From positions 10,294,001 through 10,358,000 of the forward strand of contig CM059433.1 of NCBI GenBank assembly GCA_030390025.1: 64,000 nt of DNA. The letters run 5' to 3'. Made by a program: the position numbers and the translations under genes. This document shows positions 39,401 through 50,137 of this stretch, in pieces. Position 1 is the first letter of the stretch; each line of letters starts with the position of its first letter. Under the pieces are notes generated by a model. The model did not search any database. It worked only from the letters and a program-made list of their open reading frames with translations, and was not told the origin of the DNA. This DNA comes from Squalus acanthias. Lineage: Eukaryota.

Positions 39401-41185
39401 CATGTGTACACACCAAAGCCAAACTCATAAGTTTATTTTTTACCCAGTAATTTTTTTGAAAAACGGGCTACAATAACCAAAGGTAAAAAAAAAATTCCTG
39501 GACTAATAAGGATGGCTTTTTTTTTTAATATAGTCAACGTGAAATTAATCTCGGCTCTCAAAAACGATCCTTCGCACAGTGCCTGAGGCTGTTCTTTCGG
39601 AGTTTAGTCGATGAAGATTCAGCCCGTGCATACATTTTAATGGAAGATTTTTTAAAAAAAAGTGAGGCGGTGATCCTGCCAGTAACTTAACATCGCCTGG
39701 GTAGTCGGACCTCTGGGAGTCCCGCTGTCTGAAAACCTGCTCCATTCACGTTAGACTGGGGACTCAAATAAGGCGGAGGGGGTGGGGGGTTGAATTTAAA
39801 GCGACAATGCCCCACTTTTGTTTGTCCAGGAGTGATTTTAAAAAGAAACAGATGACGACGTTTCTCAGCAATAAAGTAAATAAGAAACTTCGTTAGTGAG
39901 GCCAGATTTATTGCCATCTGTTCCACGGGTAGAGTTTGCACATCAGAACTTCCCCTCCTCCTCAGAACCCTGCAGGTCAGCGAGTGGATCGGCTTTAAAT
40001 AGTCCGTATAAATGGATGGCAATACTTCTCTATTACTATCAGTTCCAGCTGATTTCTTTATTTAAACCCCCTCCCCTCCCCTCCCCTCCCTCCCCCTCCT
40101 CCCAGATACAGACTCTTAGCATCAAGACAGGCAATGATTACAGTGCACACGTCTGTTTTAGTTCATAGGTTTGCTACAAAATAATGTGCAGATGATCTGT
40201 ATTTCATATTGCACAAAAATGAATTAAGATTTCACATGTGCCATGTTAAAAATGCTCCAGTTTCACACCTGTCATCGGGATGTAACCCACATATCACAGC
40301 GTATGATTACACATAAAATTCCTACAGTATATAATACAGTACATATAGTCTCACTAAGAACGACTCGAGTTCTATCTCACGTCTTTTTTCAATAAATGTT
40401 CTTACCTACAAATATTCAACAAATCTAAATCTACAACTGTACAAAAGACTGAGTACTTGCAGATTTAAAATCACAAGGCATTGATGCAACGATTTTGCTT
40501 TTCCGAAAAAAAAGGTTTCTGAAATCCTTTAAGCAGGAGAACCAACGCTCGCATGCTGAACAGGAGGGAGGGGGGGGGGGGGGTGGAAGAAGGAAATAAA
40601 ATAATAATTAAAAAAAGGAAGTGCCAGAAATTCTCACTGGGCAATCACAGCAAGAAGGTTCCCTTTAGCTGTAGAAAAATACAAGTGAAAATATTTAGTA
40701 TTTTTTTATCTTCGTTTTAAAAAGTCTTGAGGTCTGCATGTATCAAAAAAAAAGTCTATACTCTGAGGTCTATGCTGCCTGTGTTATTAGGTGGTAAAAG
40801 GAGGTATTGTGAGGGAACAAAACAAAATTTACAGAGCAAAAAAAAAGTCTTATTGGCATATACAACACGATTAAAAACAGTACAACGGATCAAGTTAACT
40901 TCAGGGTCTTGGTTGAAGACAAACTGTTCATATACAAGCCTGGGTTTTTCTTAATTTTTTGCCGTTTTAAACTCCCTGCAGTCTAGATGCATAGAAGTGT
41001 TCACAGCTCTCGCTCTCTCTCTCTCTCTCGAGTAGTAGTGGTCCCTTTAAATGTAGGATCCAGGAAACTGGTCGATCAGTTGTGTTGTTAAAGGGTTGGA
41101 TAGAAAGTCCGGCCACGATTTCCAATTTAAAACTTAAAAAAAAACTCCGCATCTTTTCTACGGCTGTTTTTGCGATTCAAATCAC

Positions 41186-41407
41186 CACACACTCACACAC
41201 ACACACACACACACTCACACTTAAAACACACACACTCTTACACACACACTCTTAAACACTCACACTTACATACATACATACATACATACACACATTCACA
41301 CACACACAGACACTTAAAACACACACACACACTTACGCTTACACATACTTACACACACACACACACACACACTCACACTTATACACAGACACTTACACAC
41401 ACACACA
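41186..41407. repeat. Degenerate (CA)n microsatellite in the Sox 3'UTR
   Basis: Interrupted CA repeats about 145 bp after the stop codon. Confidence 0.9.
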
Positions 41408-41551
41408 TGGGGGGAGTGAAGATCCCACTCCAAGAGCAGATCGGACCTGGCGAAAGAGATTCGACTTGTAACGGTGGCATTTTTAAACATCGTCAGTCTT
41501 TCAGAAAACCCAACAACAACAAAAAAAAAGTTTTTTAAAAGAAGAAATCCA

Positions 41552-42267
41552 TCAGTACGTGAAGACCAGGTCGGAAAAGTTGGCCTCCAGCCAGTCCCCC
41601 GCGATCATCTCGCTGAGCTCGGGAGTGCAGTAGTCTGGGAATTCAAAGTGTGACCCTGAGCTGCCTTCGCTGTACGAGTCCAAGTCCTTGTCGACGAGCG
41701 AGAGGCTGAGGTTCCCTGAATTGAACTGATCCGAGGGGCCGGTGGCCGCCGCCGCTGGTGGTGCCACCGAGGAGGAGGAGGAGGAGAAGTTCATGCTGAA
41801 GTCATACAGCAAATCGTCCGCCTCCTCGCTGGAGGTGGAGACGGAGCGGCTGGAGCCGGGCGAGCTGGCTCTGGAGTGGACACACCTCCGGCCGCCCGGC
41901 TTGACCGAGTCCTCGTACAGGCTGGCCCCTTCCACCGACTCGGCCGCCGAGCTGAGGGTCGGGCTGGCCGGCACGGCCGCCACGCTGCCCCGCCGGGGGC
42001 TCCGGGGGTGACCGTCGCCCCTCAACCTGGTCTCCAGCACCGCCTCCTCGCTGCTGGCCCGGCCGAACACACTCCTCACCGTCTTGTTGCCCTTCAGGTT
42101 GCCGAAGACGAAGTCTTCGGACGGCGGCGGCTCGCTGCCCGCTTTGCATTGAGAAGAAGAGGAGGAGAAGCCAGCTTTGCATTGGGAAGATTTGTGAGGT
42201 TTGATTTTGCTGTTACATTTCTTGCTCGAGTGTTTGACACTTTTGTGACTTCGCTCCGGCGTCAGCG

Positions 42268-42298
<31 letters not shown>

Positions 42299-42700
42299 TT
42301 TGCCAGACTCGGTTTTGGGTTTCTTCCGCGGCCGGTACTTGTAGTCGGGGTAATCGGCCATATGTTTGAGCCGCAGCCGCTCCGCCTCCCGGATGAACGG
42401 GATCTTCTCGCCGTCCCTCAGCATCTTCCAGCGCTTGCCCAGCCGCTTGGAGATCTCGGCGTTGTGCATGTCCGGCGACTGCTCCATGATCTTCCGCCGC
42501 TCGATCTTCGACCAGACCATGAAGGCGTTCATCGGCCGCTTGATGTGGCCGCTCGCCGTCTTGCACCAGTCCGGGTCCCGCTCGTCCGCCCCCTCGCAGG
42601 TCGGCGAGGGGCTGCGGGCGATGAACTCATTCTCCTCGCTGTCGGTGGCTTCCCGGGACAAACTGCTCTCCGTCTCAATCCCTGCAGTTTGCTGAACCAT
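41552..42700 (-). CDS. sox11: SoxC-group HMG-box transcription factor, Sox11-like (Sox12 orthology not excluded), single exon, 382 aa
   Basis: Starts MVQQ at ATG 42700. HMG box [62 protein letters not shown]. SoxC transactivation tail [33 protein letters not shown], as in Sox11. Confidence 0.9.
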
Positions 42701-42889
42701 CTTCTTCTCACTCCTCTCTCCTCTCTCCCTCTCCCTCTCTCTCCCTGTGCTGTTAAAATGACCAGCAATCCACAATCCACGAGTTCCTAAGGCTCTTGCT
42801 TTGCTTTCCCCCTCTCTCCTCTCTGCCGGGTAACTTTCTAATCACATCCACACGCTCTCCCACGCCTTTGCCAAAGTTGTTGCAGCTTC

Positions 42890-42945
42890 TCAACTAGTTA
42901 TTATGTTTTCATACTGGGTACGTCACCTCCAAAAGATCCAATAGT
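42890..42945 (-). promoter_or_regulatory. Candidate Sox core promoter
   Basis: In minus-strand order: inverted CCAAT (42938-42942), CRE-like TGACGTA (42919-42925) and TATA-like CATAATAA (42898-42905), about 200 bp before the ATG within a CpG-rich island. Confidence 0.45.
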
Positions 42946-44711
42946 CTCGCAGACCCTCCCCTGAAAGGAGGAGAGCAGAGAGAGAGGGAGAGAGAGAGAC
43001 GATGTGGTGAGAAATCACTGCCTTTAACCCTTCACTCTCCCGCACAGACTTGCTCCGCCGGGTCCAGCCAGTGGCGGCAGGGAGACTTCAGAGCGACTCC
43101 CGGTGAACCAGCAATGCACACCGACATGGAGCGCGGCTTTAAATTGTTAACTCTGCGAAGTCTCAATTCCTCAACCCCCCCCCCAACCCAACCAACGCGG
43201 AGTGAGCTCATCGGGTCGAGCAGCGCTTCAGAAAAGTGCTTCTCCAAACCCCGTCTCAGTGCCCAGAACTAACTGGAGGTGGCGCCTCGACACTGCTCAC
43301 TCAAACGTGCCATTCTCCTCCCCAGCCCCACCGCCACCCTATTCACCCACCCACCCCCCAGTATCGGCTCAGTTTGAACTGAAAACCCACCAGTGCTTTC
43401 GCGAGCAGCACACACACACACACACACACAGAGTCACCAGCCTTGCAGTTTGGTGCAATTAACGCACCCGGTCCAGTTTTTTATTTTTGAACCAAACACA
43501 AAAGCCAGAGATTTAAGCAGCATAAAATAACGTGGATGATTGCCCACCAAATGCATCTGGCAGAAAAGCTTTATTTTCGATCAGACACACTTTTATTTAT
43601 GAGGGAGATTAGGGATTTGCCATCGTTCAGTTTTCGACGGAACTTTGATCAGGTTTTTTTTTGTGTGTGTGTGGGGAGTGAAACTAAATGTAAATAAATG
43701 TAGAGCTGGCGTTGTCGCCCCCAGTTACATACATATATCTCCAACATATAAGTTGAAGAGAGAGAAGAAAGCCTACCTGCTAATAAATGCTGTTTCCAAA
43801 GTCGCCTATTAAACATTTCGCAACTTGTCAACTTAAGGAAGACACTGTTGCACTGAGGACAGTGACCATTCCACACCCCCCCTCCACCCCACCTCCACAT
43901 GCTTTTCCTCACTTAGCTCCGGCCAGTTTCAACATAACATTGATCTCCTTTGCAAAACAAAAACCCGCTTTCATATTTTCACCACAAATAGATCAGTTTT
44001 AGCAAAAACAATAATTTAAAAAAAACTAGCTTCCAAATGTTGTGTGTCAGGAGTAATGGAAGGACGGTGTTACGGGGTGTGACCAGGTGTACGCACTGCA
44101 CACCAATGTGTACACCTCTGTGTCTCCTGGAGCTTGCAATGCAACAGCTGATTTGCTGCCCGGAGGGAGGTGGTTGGGAAATCGCTGCTGTTCTGCTTCC
44201 TGATGATCTTCTCACAGCAGGTGCAGCTGGTACCTGAGGCAAAGAACATCAAGTTGGGCTTGGGGCAGCATCAGCTGACTCTCCAGTGCCTGGATATCCT
44301 CCACCAATCTGAATTTCCTTTTTTGAAATCCAGAAGTATTTAACTCAAGTTCTGTGCCTATTTTAATTGGACCAATAGAGGTTGTCCCAGTGTCACCAGA
44401 CATAAAACATCACCACAATTGCTCTCTCTAAGAGGGCACCACCAATGCAATAGTCCAACATGAGGTCCGGTTAAATTGAGAGAAGCTTAAAATAAAAGTA
44501 GAAGTATTGTTGTCGGAAATCAGTTACACAGTAAACAACTTGCAGGGCCCACCTGTTGCAGATAGTTTCGAGTGCACTAGCGCTGCAAGGAGGAATCCCT
44601 GGACTTGCCAATCAGAAATTCCCACCTCCAGCACCGAGTCCACTCCAAGAATCAGCAGCAGCAAGAAAGAGCTGCAGCTGGACTGTCAGTGAGAACATCT
44701 TAAGGCAAATT

Positions 44712-45251
44712 GAGGGCCTCTATGAAGAGGACTGGGGGTAGAGGGCCTCTATGAAGAGGACTGGGAGTAGAGGGCCTCTATGAAGAGGACTGGGTGTAGA
44801 GGGCCTTTATGAAGAGGACTGGGGGTAGAGGGCCTCTATGAAGAGGACATGGGGTAGAGGGCCTCTATGAAGAGGACTGGGTGTAGAGGGCCTTTATGAA
44901 GAGGACTGGGGGTAGAGGGCCTCTATGAAGAGGACTGGGTGTAGAGGGCCTTTATGAAGAGGACTGGGGGTAGAGGGCCTCTATGAAGAGGACTGGGGGT
45001 AGAGGGCCTCTATGAAGAGGACTGGGGGTAAAGGGCCTCTATGAACAGGACTGGGAGTAGCGGGCCTCTATGAAGAGGACTGGGGGTAAAGGGCCTCTAT
45101 GAACAGGACTGGGTGTAGAGGGCCTCTATGAAGAGGACTGGGGGTAGAGGGCCTCTATGAAGAGGACTGGGGGTAGAGGGCCTCTATGAAGAGGACTGGG
45201 GGTAAAGGGCCTCTATGAAGAGGACAGGGGGTAGAGGGCCTCTATGAAGAG
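44712..45251. repeat. 29-bp minisatellite, left part (18.6 units)
   Basis: Unit GAGGGCCTCTATGAAGAGGACTGGGGGTA, period 29. Confidence 0.95.
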
Positions 45252-45412
45252 TGTGGTAACACTTTTCAGCTTCCTGTATGACATCACTTCCTGTAATCAG
45301 TCCAGGATAAATACTGGACTGATCAGTTAGCTCTGGAAGAGGCATAGGGTAAGACCTCTTTTGTATGCAGCTTACATTAAGTTTACCACGCGTAAGGCTC
45401 ATTCTTACGACA
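45252..45412 (+). repeat. 5' LTR (161 bp)
   Basis: TGTGGTAAC...TTACGACA; identical to 49466-49626 on base-by-base reading. Confidence 0.95.
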
Positions 45413-45491
45413 ATTTAATCAACTTTGGAAAAACTTCGCACTCAAACTTTTTGGACGAACTCGGAGCTAAGGATCCAGGGAATCACCCATC

Positions 45492-48400
45492 ATGGAAAAC
45501 ATCCTTAAACCATCGCGTCTTGACTTGGACCCAAACACCCCAGCAGCCGGTAAGGTGTGGAAACACTGGTATCGCACGTTTGAGAATTTTCTTGAGTATT
45601 GCAAAGCTGATGATAACTCAAAGTTGCGGATACTCATCAACTGTGTCACCCCGAATGTATTTCAGTATGTGGAAGACTGGGACAGTTATGAGGAGGCAAT
45701 TCAGACGCTTAAGAGACTATATACTAAGACACCGAATGAGGTCTATGCTAGACATCTACTAGCTACAGCCCAACAAGGGCCGGAGGAATCCATTGATAAA
45801 TTCCTCCAAGAGCTTCGCAGACTTAGTATGGACTGTAACTTTCGGGCAGCCTCAGCTGAGCTATACCGCGAAGAAATGATCCGTGATGCGTTCATCTGCG
45901 GGCTTGCCTCCCCATTTATACGCCAGCGTCTACTGGAAAGTAAGACACTTGAGCTGCAGAGAGCTTATGACCTGGCTTGCTCTCTAGATCTGGCAAAAAG
46001 GAATGCAGACCTTTTTACAGTGCCCAGACCTCGGTCTGCTGCCTTAACTACAGTCAGGCAATTTAAGAGGCCACAGGTGAACTCTATTAGGGAGGACTTT
46101 ATCCCTGACGATCGATCTGATGACTTCACTGATGAAGAGGATGATGACCCCACTGTGGCAGCCTCTTGGCAATCTAAGAAATGCTTTTTTTGTGGTGATG
46201 AGTTTCACCCTCGGAGATTCTGCCCTGCTCGCAATGCGTTTTGCAGTCATTGCAACAAAAAGGGTCATTTTGTAAAGGTTTGCCTATCAAGAGCCTCTAC
46301 GAGGGCTTATCAAGCTAAGTCCTACCGAACTGCCCCAGTAAGGGCCTATCAGGATGTTCCAACTAAAAACTATCGTGCTTCCTCTCGGGTTTTTTCTCGA
46401 AGAAACACACCTAGAATTTCAGCCACTCTTTGTGCAACGACACCAATTACAGCTGCTTGTCCTCAGAATCTATTCCATGCAGCTACAAAAGCATCAATTA
46501 ATGGACATACTTTAGATGCCTTAATTGACTCAGGTAGCACTGATAGTTTCATTAGGGAACAGACTGTTGCACAGTTAAAGCTACATGTTTTTCCATCGGA
46601 CCAGGCAGTTGCGATGGCTCAGTCATCACTTAATACCAGAATTTCTGGCTTCTGTGTAGTTGAAATAATGCTTAAAGGTCACAGGTATCCCTCCACCCGG
46701 CTTTCGGTGCTCAAGGACTTATGTAGTGATCTTATCTTAGGGCTGGATTTTCAAAAGCAGCATAAGAAGCTTACCATTGAGTTCGGCGGATCCAAACCTG
46801 AACTCACTATTTCTAATATACGACCTCGATTACCGTTCTGTGCCTTGTCAGCAGCTTCACTGGATGAACCCTCACTGTTTGCCAGTATCCCTCCTCGATG
46901 CAAACCGATTATAACAAAGTCACGCCGTTTCAGTCAGGAAGACCAGTCTTTTATTGCGGCTGAGATTTCTCGGCTTTTAGCAGAGGATATCATCGAGCCT
47001 TGTTCGTCGCCATGGCGCGCCCAGGTCGTTATTGTTAAGAACCCTCTACAACCTCACAAGAAACGGCTGTGCATTGACTATTCACAGACCATCAATCAGT
47101 ATACGGACTTGGACGCATACCCATTGCCGCGCATCGATGATATGGTTAATAAATTGGCTGAGTACACGGTGTTCTCGACTTATGATCTGAAAAGCGCCTA
47201 TCATCAGGTACCCTTGAAGGTCTCAGACAAGCAGTATACAGCCTTTGAAGCCAATGGGCGGCTGTATCAATTTCGTCGCCTCCCCTTTGGGGTCACTAAT
47301 GGAGTGGCTGTCTTCCAGCGAGCAATGGATGACCTGGTCAAACAGGAAGACTTGAAGGATACGTTTCCTTATCTGGACAATATTACTGTCGCAGGTCGCA
47401 ATCAGCAGGAACATGACGCCAATCTCCAACGATTTTGGGATGCACTCCAGCACCGTAATTTGACATTGAATGCGGCTAAATCCGTTGAGTCACAACCAAC
47501 TATCAACATCCTTGGCTATTGTGTGGGCAATGGCATCATTAAACCTGACCCTGAAAGGCTTCGCCCACTCCAAGAACTCCCGCCACCTAAGAATCCGGCC
47601 TCCTTGCGCCGGGCCCTCGGCCTGTTTGCATACTATGCGAAATGGATTCCTAACTTCTCGGACCGAATCCAACCTCTACTGAAGGCCAGCACATTCCCAC
47701 TAGACACAACGGCTGTTGCAGCCTTTAACCTCCTGAAAAAGCAGTTGGAGAAAGCGGCTCTTCACTCCATCGATGAGAGTCTTCCTTTCGTGGTTGAGTG
47801 TGATGCCTCGGAGGTGGCAATCTCAGCCACTCTGAATCAGGAAGGTCGTCCGGTGGCATTTTTGTCCAGGACTTTTCAAGGGGCTGAGCTACATTATCCT
47901 CCAGTCGAGAAAGAAGCTACAGCCATCATAGAGGCAGTACGGAAGTGGAGTCATCTCCTGGCTCGCCAGCACTTTACCTTAATCACGGACCAGCGATCGG
48001 TCGCCTTCATGCTCGATAATCGAAAACGGACCAAAATTAAAAATAATAAAATCCAGCTTTGGCGGCTGGAATTGGCCTCTTTTGGTTACACCATCCACTA
48101 TCGACCTGGCAAGGAGAATGTGGCTCCGGATACCCTCACACGAGCATTCTGCTCCGCCATGGCACCCTCTACGCTCGTAGACATCCATGATGGGTTGTGT
48201 CATCCAGGCGTTACTCGCATGCTGCACTTCGTGCGGTCCCGAAATCTCCCATTCTCTACCGGGGATGTAAAGAAGATGTGCTCGGACTGCAGAGTCTGTG
48301 CGGAATTGAAACCTCGGTTTTTCCGCCCCTCGGGTGGTATACTCATACATGCGACCCAGCCAATGCAAAGGCTTAGCATCGATTTTAAGGGGCCGTTGCC

Positions 48401-49447
48401 CTCTTCGACTCGCAACACTTATCTATTAACAATGGTTGATGAGTATTCTCGTTTCCGTTTGCCTTTCCCTGCCCCAATATGCTGACAACCACGGTTATCA
48501 GCTGCCTTGAACAGGTATTTGCTTTCTGTGGCATGGCATCCTATGTTCATTCAGATCGGGGCCCTTCTTTTATGTCGGGAGAACTCAAGGCCTATCTCTC
48601 GGAACGGGGTATTGCTGCCAGCAAAACGACGCCTTATCATCCGGTTGGGAATGGGCAAGTCGAGCGTTTTAACGCTATCATCTGGAATGCGGTACGTCTG
48701 GCTTTGAGATCTCGGGGCCTACCCAACCAGCAATGGGAAGCAGTACTTCCAGACGCATTACACTCCACACGGTCCCTCCTTTCGACCGCCACAAATACGA
48801 CGCCTCATGAACGGTTCTTCCGATTTCAGCGTCGCTCATCCTATGGGACATCTCTCCCGTCGTGGCTGACTACACCGGGACCAGTGCTACTCCGAAGATA
48901 TGTCCGGGCGTCTAAGAATGACCCCCTGGTAGATGAGGTTGAGCTCACTGACGTCAACCCTACCTACGCCTATATTCGGTATCCTGACGGTCGGGAATCT
49001 ACCGTGTCATTGCGGGATCTGGCTCCCTGCCCGCCGAAACATAGAGGGACACCAGGGGATGATATTGTACCAGGCACATCTCTGGGCTTGCCAGGTGCCT
49101 CTCATCATGATCGGGATCTGACGCCGGCTGGTACCTCACTCCAGCGTGCCGACCTGGGGCAGACTGACTATGAGCCCGTCGGGGCTCGCACGCGCAGCCA
49201 CGATCAACCCTGTACCGTACGCTCAGAAACGGATCTGCCACAGCCCTGCCTGACACCCATTCGGGTACCAGTACACGGTCAGGATCGTTCTGACCCCTCA
49301 CAGAGCGGGCTGGAGCACTCGGACTCTGGTCCATGGCCCGCAGCGGGTAAACGGGCTAGGGGCCCTCTACCGCTACGAGAACCCAAACGGGTGCGGCTCT
49401 CCCTCATCCAACGGCTACGAAATGGAGGGAGCATTCCGGCCTCCTAA
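45492..49447 (+). pseudogene. Gag-Pol polyprotein with a single 1-bp frameshift near 48455 (1318 aa if restored)
   Basis: Two CCHC knuckles, protease LIDSGS, RT DLKSAYHQ/LPFG/YLDN, RNase H CDAS/EKE/TDQ, and integrase HHCC plus IDFKGP/HSDRG/VERFN. ORFs 45492-48485 and 48479-49447 join by adding one C. Confidence 0.92.
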
Positions 49448-49465
49448 TCTTTTGGGGGGGGAGAA

Positions 49466-49626
49466 TGTGGTAACACTTTTCAGCTTCCTGTATGACATCA
49501 CTTCCTGTAATCAGTCCAGGATAAATACTGGACTGATCAGTTAGCTCTGGAAGAGGCATAGGGTAAGACCTCTTTTGTATGCAGCTTACATTAAGTTTAC
49601 CACGCGTAAGGCTCATTCTTACGACA
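49466..49626 (+). repeat. 3' LTR (161 bp)
   Basis: Follows the PPT; identical to the 5' LTR. Confidence 0.95.
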
Positions 49627-49778
49627 AAGAGGACTGGGGGTAGAGGGTCTCTAGGAACAGGACTGGGGGTAGAGGGCCTCTATGAAGAGGACTGGGGGTA
49701 GAGGGCCTCTATGAAGAGGACTGGGGGTAGAGGGCCTCTATAAAGAGGACTGGGAGTAGAGGGCCTCTAGGAACAGGA
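49627..49778. repeat. 29-bp minisatellite, right part (~5 units)
   Basis: The array resumes in register after the TSD. Confidence 0.95.
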
Positions 49779-49784
49779 GGCTGA

Positions 49785-50137
49785 AGCCTCAGTGCAGATA
49801 CTTGGGGAACACCACTTGCCCTACCAAGCAGAGAACAAACCCTTTATCTCTACTCACTGTCTCTAAACCAATTACCAACCCATGTCACAATGTTACTTCC
49901 AATTCCATGCCCTCTAATTTTTGCTGATAATCTCTTCTTGTGTGGAACCTTATCAAATGCCTTCTGCAAATCCATATAGACAACATCCATAGACACTCCC
50001 TGAGATTAGTCAGACATGACCTATCCTTCACAAGTCCATGCTGACTCTCTTTGATCGACTCAGTCACTCTGTCTGTGATGGTAGATTCCAGGAACTTCCC
50101 CACAATTGATGTTAAACTGACAGGTCTGTAGTTACCT
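49785..50137 (-). mobile_element. Degraded CR1 RT fragment
   Basis: NYRPVSLT..GKFLES..SQHG..SCLTNL..SGVPQ remnants. Confidence 0.7.

Larger units (their letters stand above)
45252..49626 (+). mobile_element. Full-length Ty3/Gypsy LTR retrotransposon (4375 bp)
   Basis: Identical TG..CA LTRs, AAGAG TSD (45247-45251, 49627-49631), PPT GGGGGGGGAGAA (49454-49465), domain order gag-PR-RT-RH-IN, no env. Confidence 0.97.

Noticed and set aside
41170..41538. His/Thr-rich 122-aa ORF
   Set aside because: Translation of a (CA)n microsatellite.
42701..42775. N-terminal extension of the Sox ORF in the supplied track
   Set aside because: It starts at a non-ATG codon and runs through a (GA)n tract; the conserved SoxC start MVQQ is at 42700.
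41876..42790. 304-aa antisense ORF over the Sox gene
   Set aside because: Expected shadow of GC-rich codon usage; no recognisable domain.
43032..43150. Upstream TATA-like TTTAAA with adjacent AACAAT and a uORF
   Set aside because: Cannot be chosen over the proximal CCAAT/CRE/TATA cluster without TSS data; such short motifs occur by chance.
44050..44400. Possible exon or processed pseudogene upstream of Sox
   Set aside because: Short ORFs on both strands with no motif I can recognise.
44712..45251. CRISPR-like array
   Set aside because: The units are contiguous with no unique spacers, there are no cas genes, and the context is eukaryotic.
49030..49447. env or chromodomain after integrase
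   Set aside because: Low-complexity Pro/Arg-rich tail with no signal peptide, transmembrane segment or chromodomain pattern; the stop abuts the PPT.
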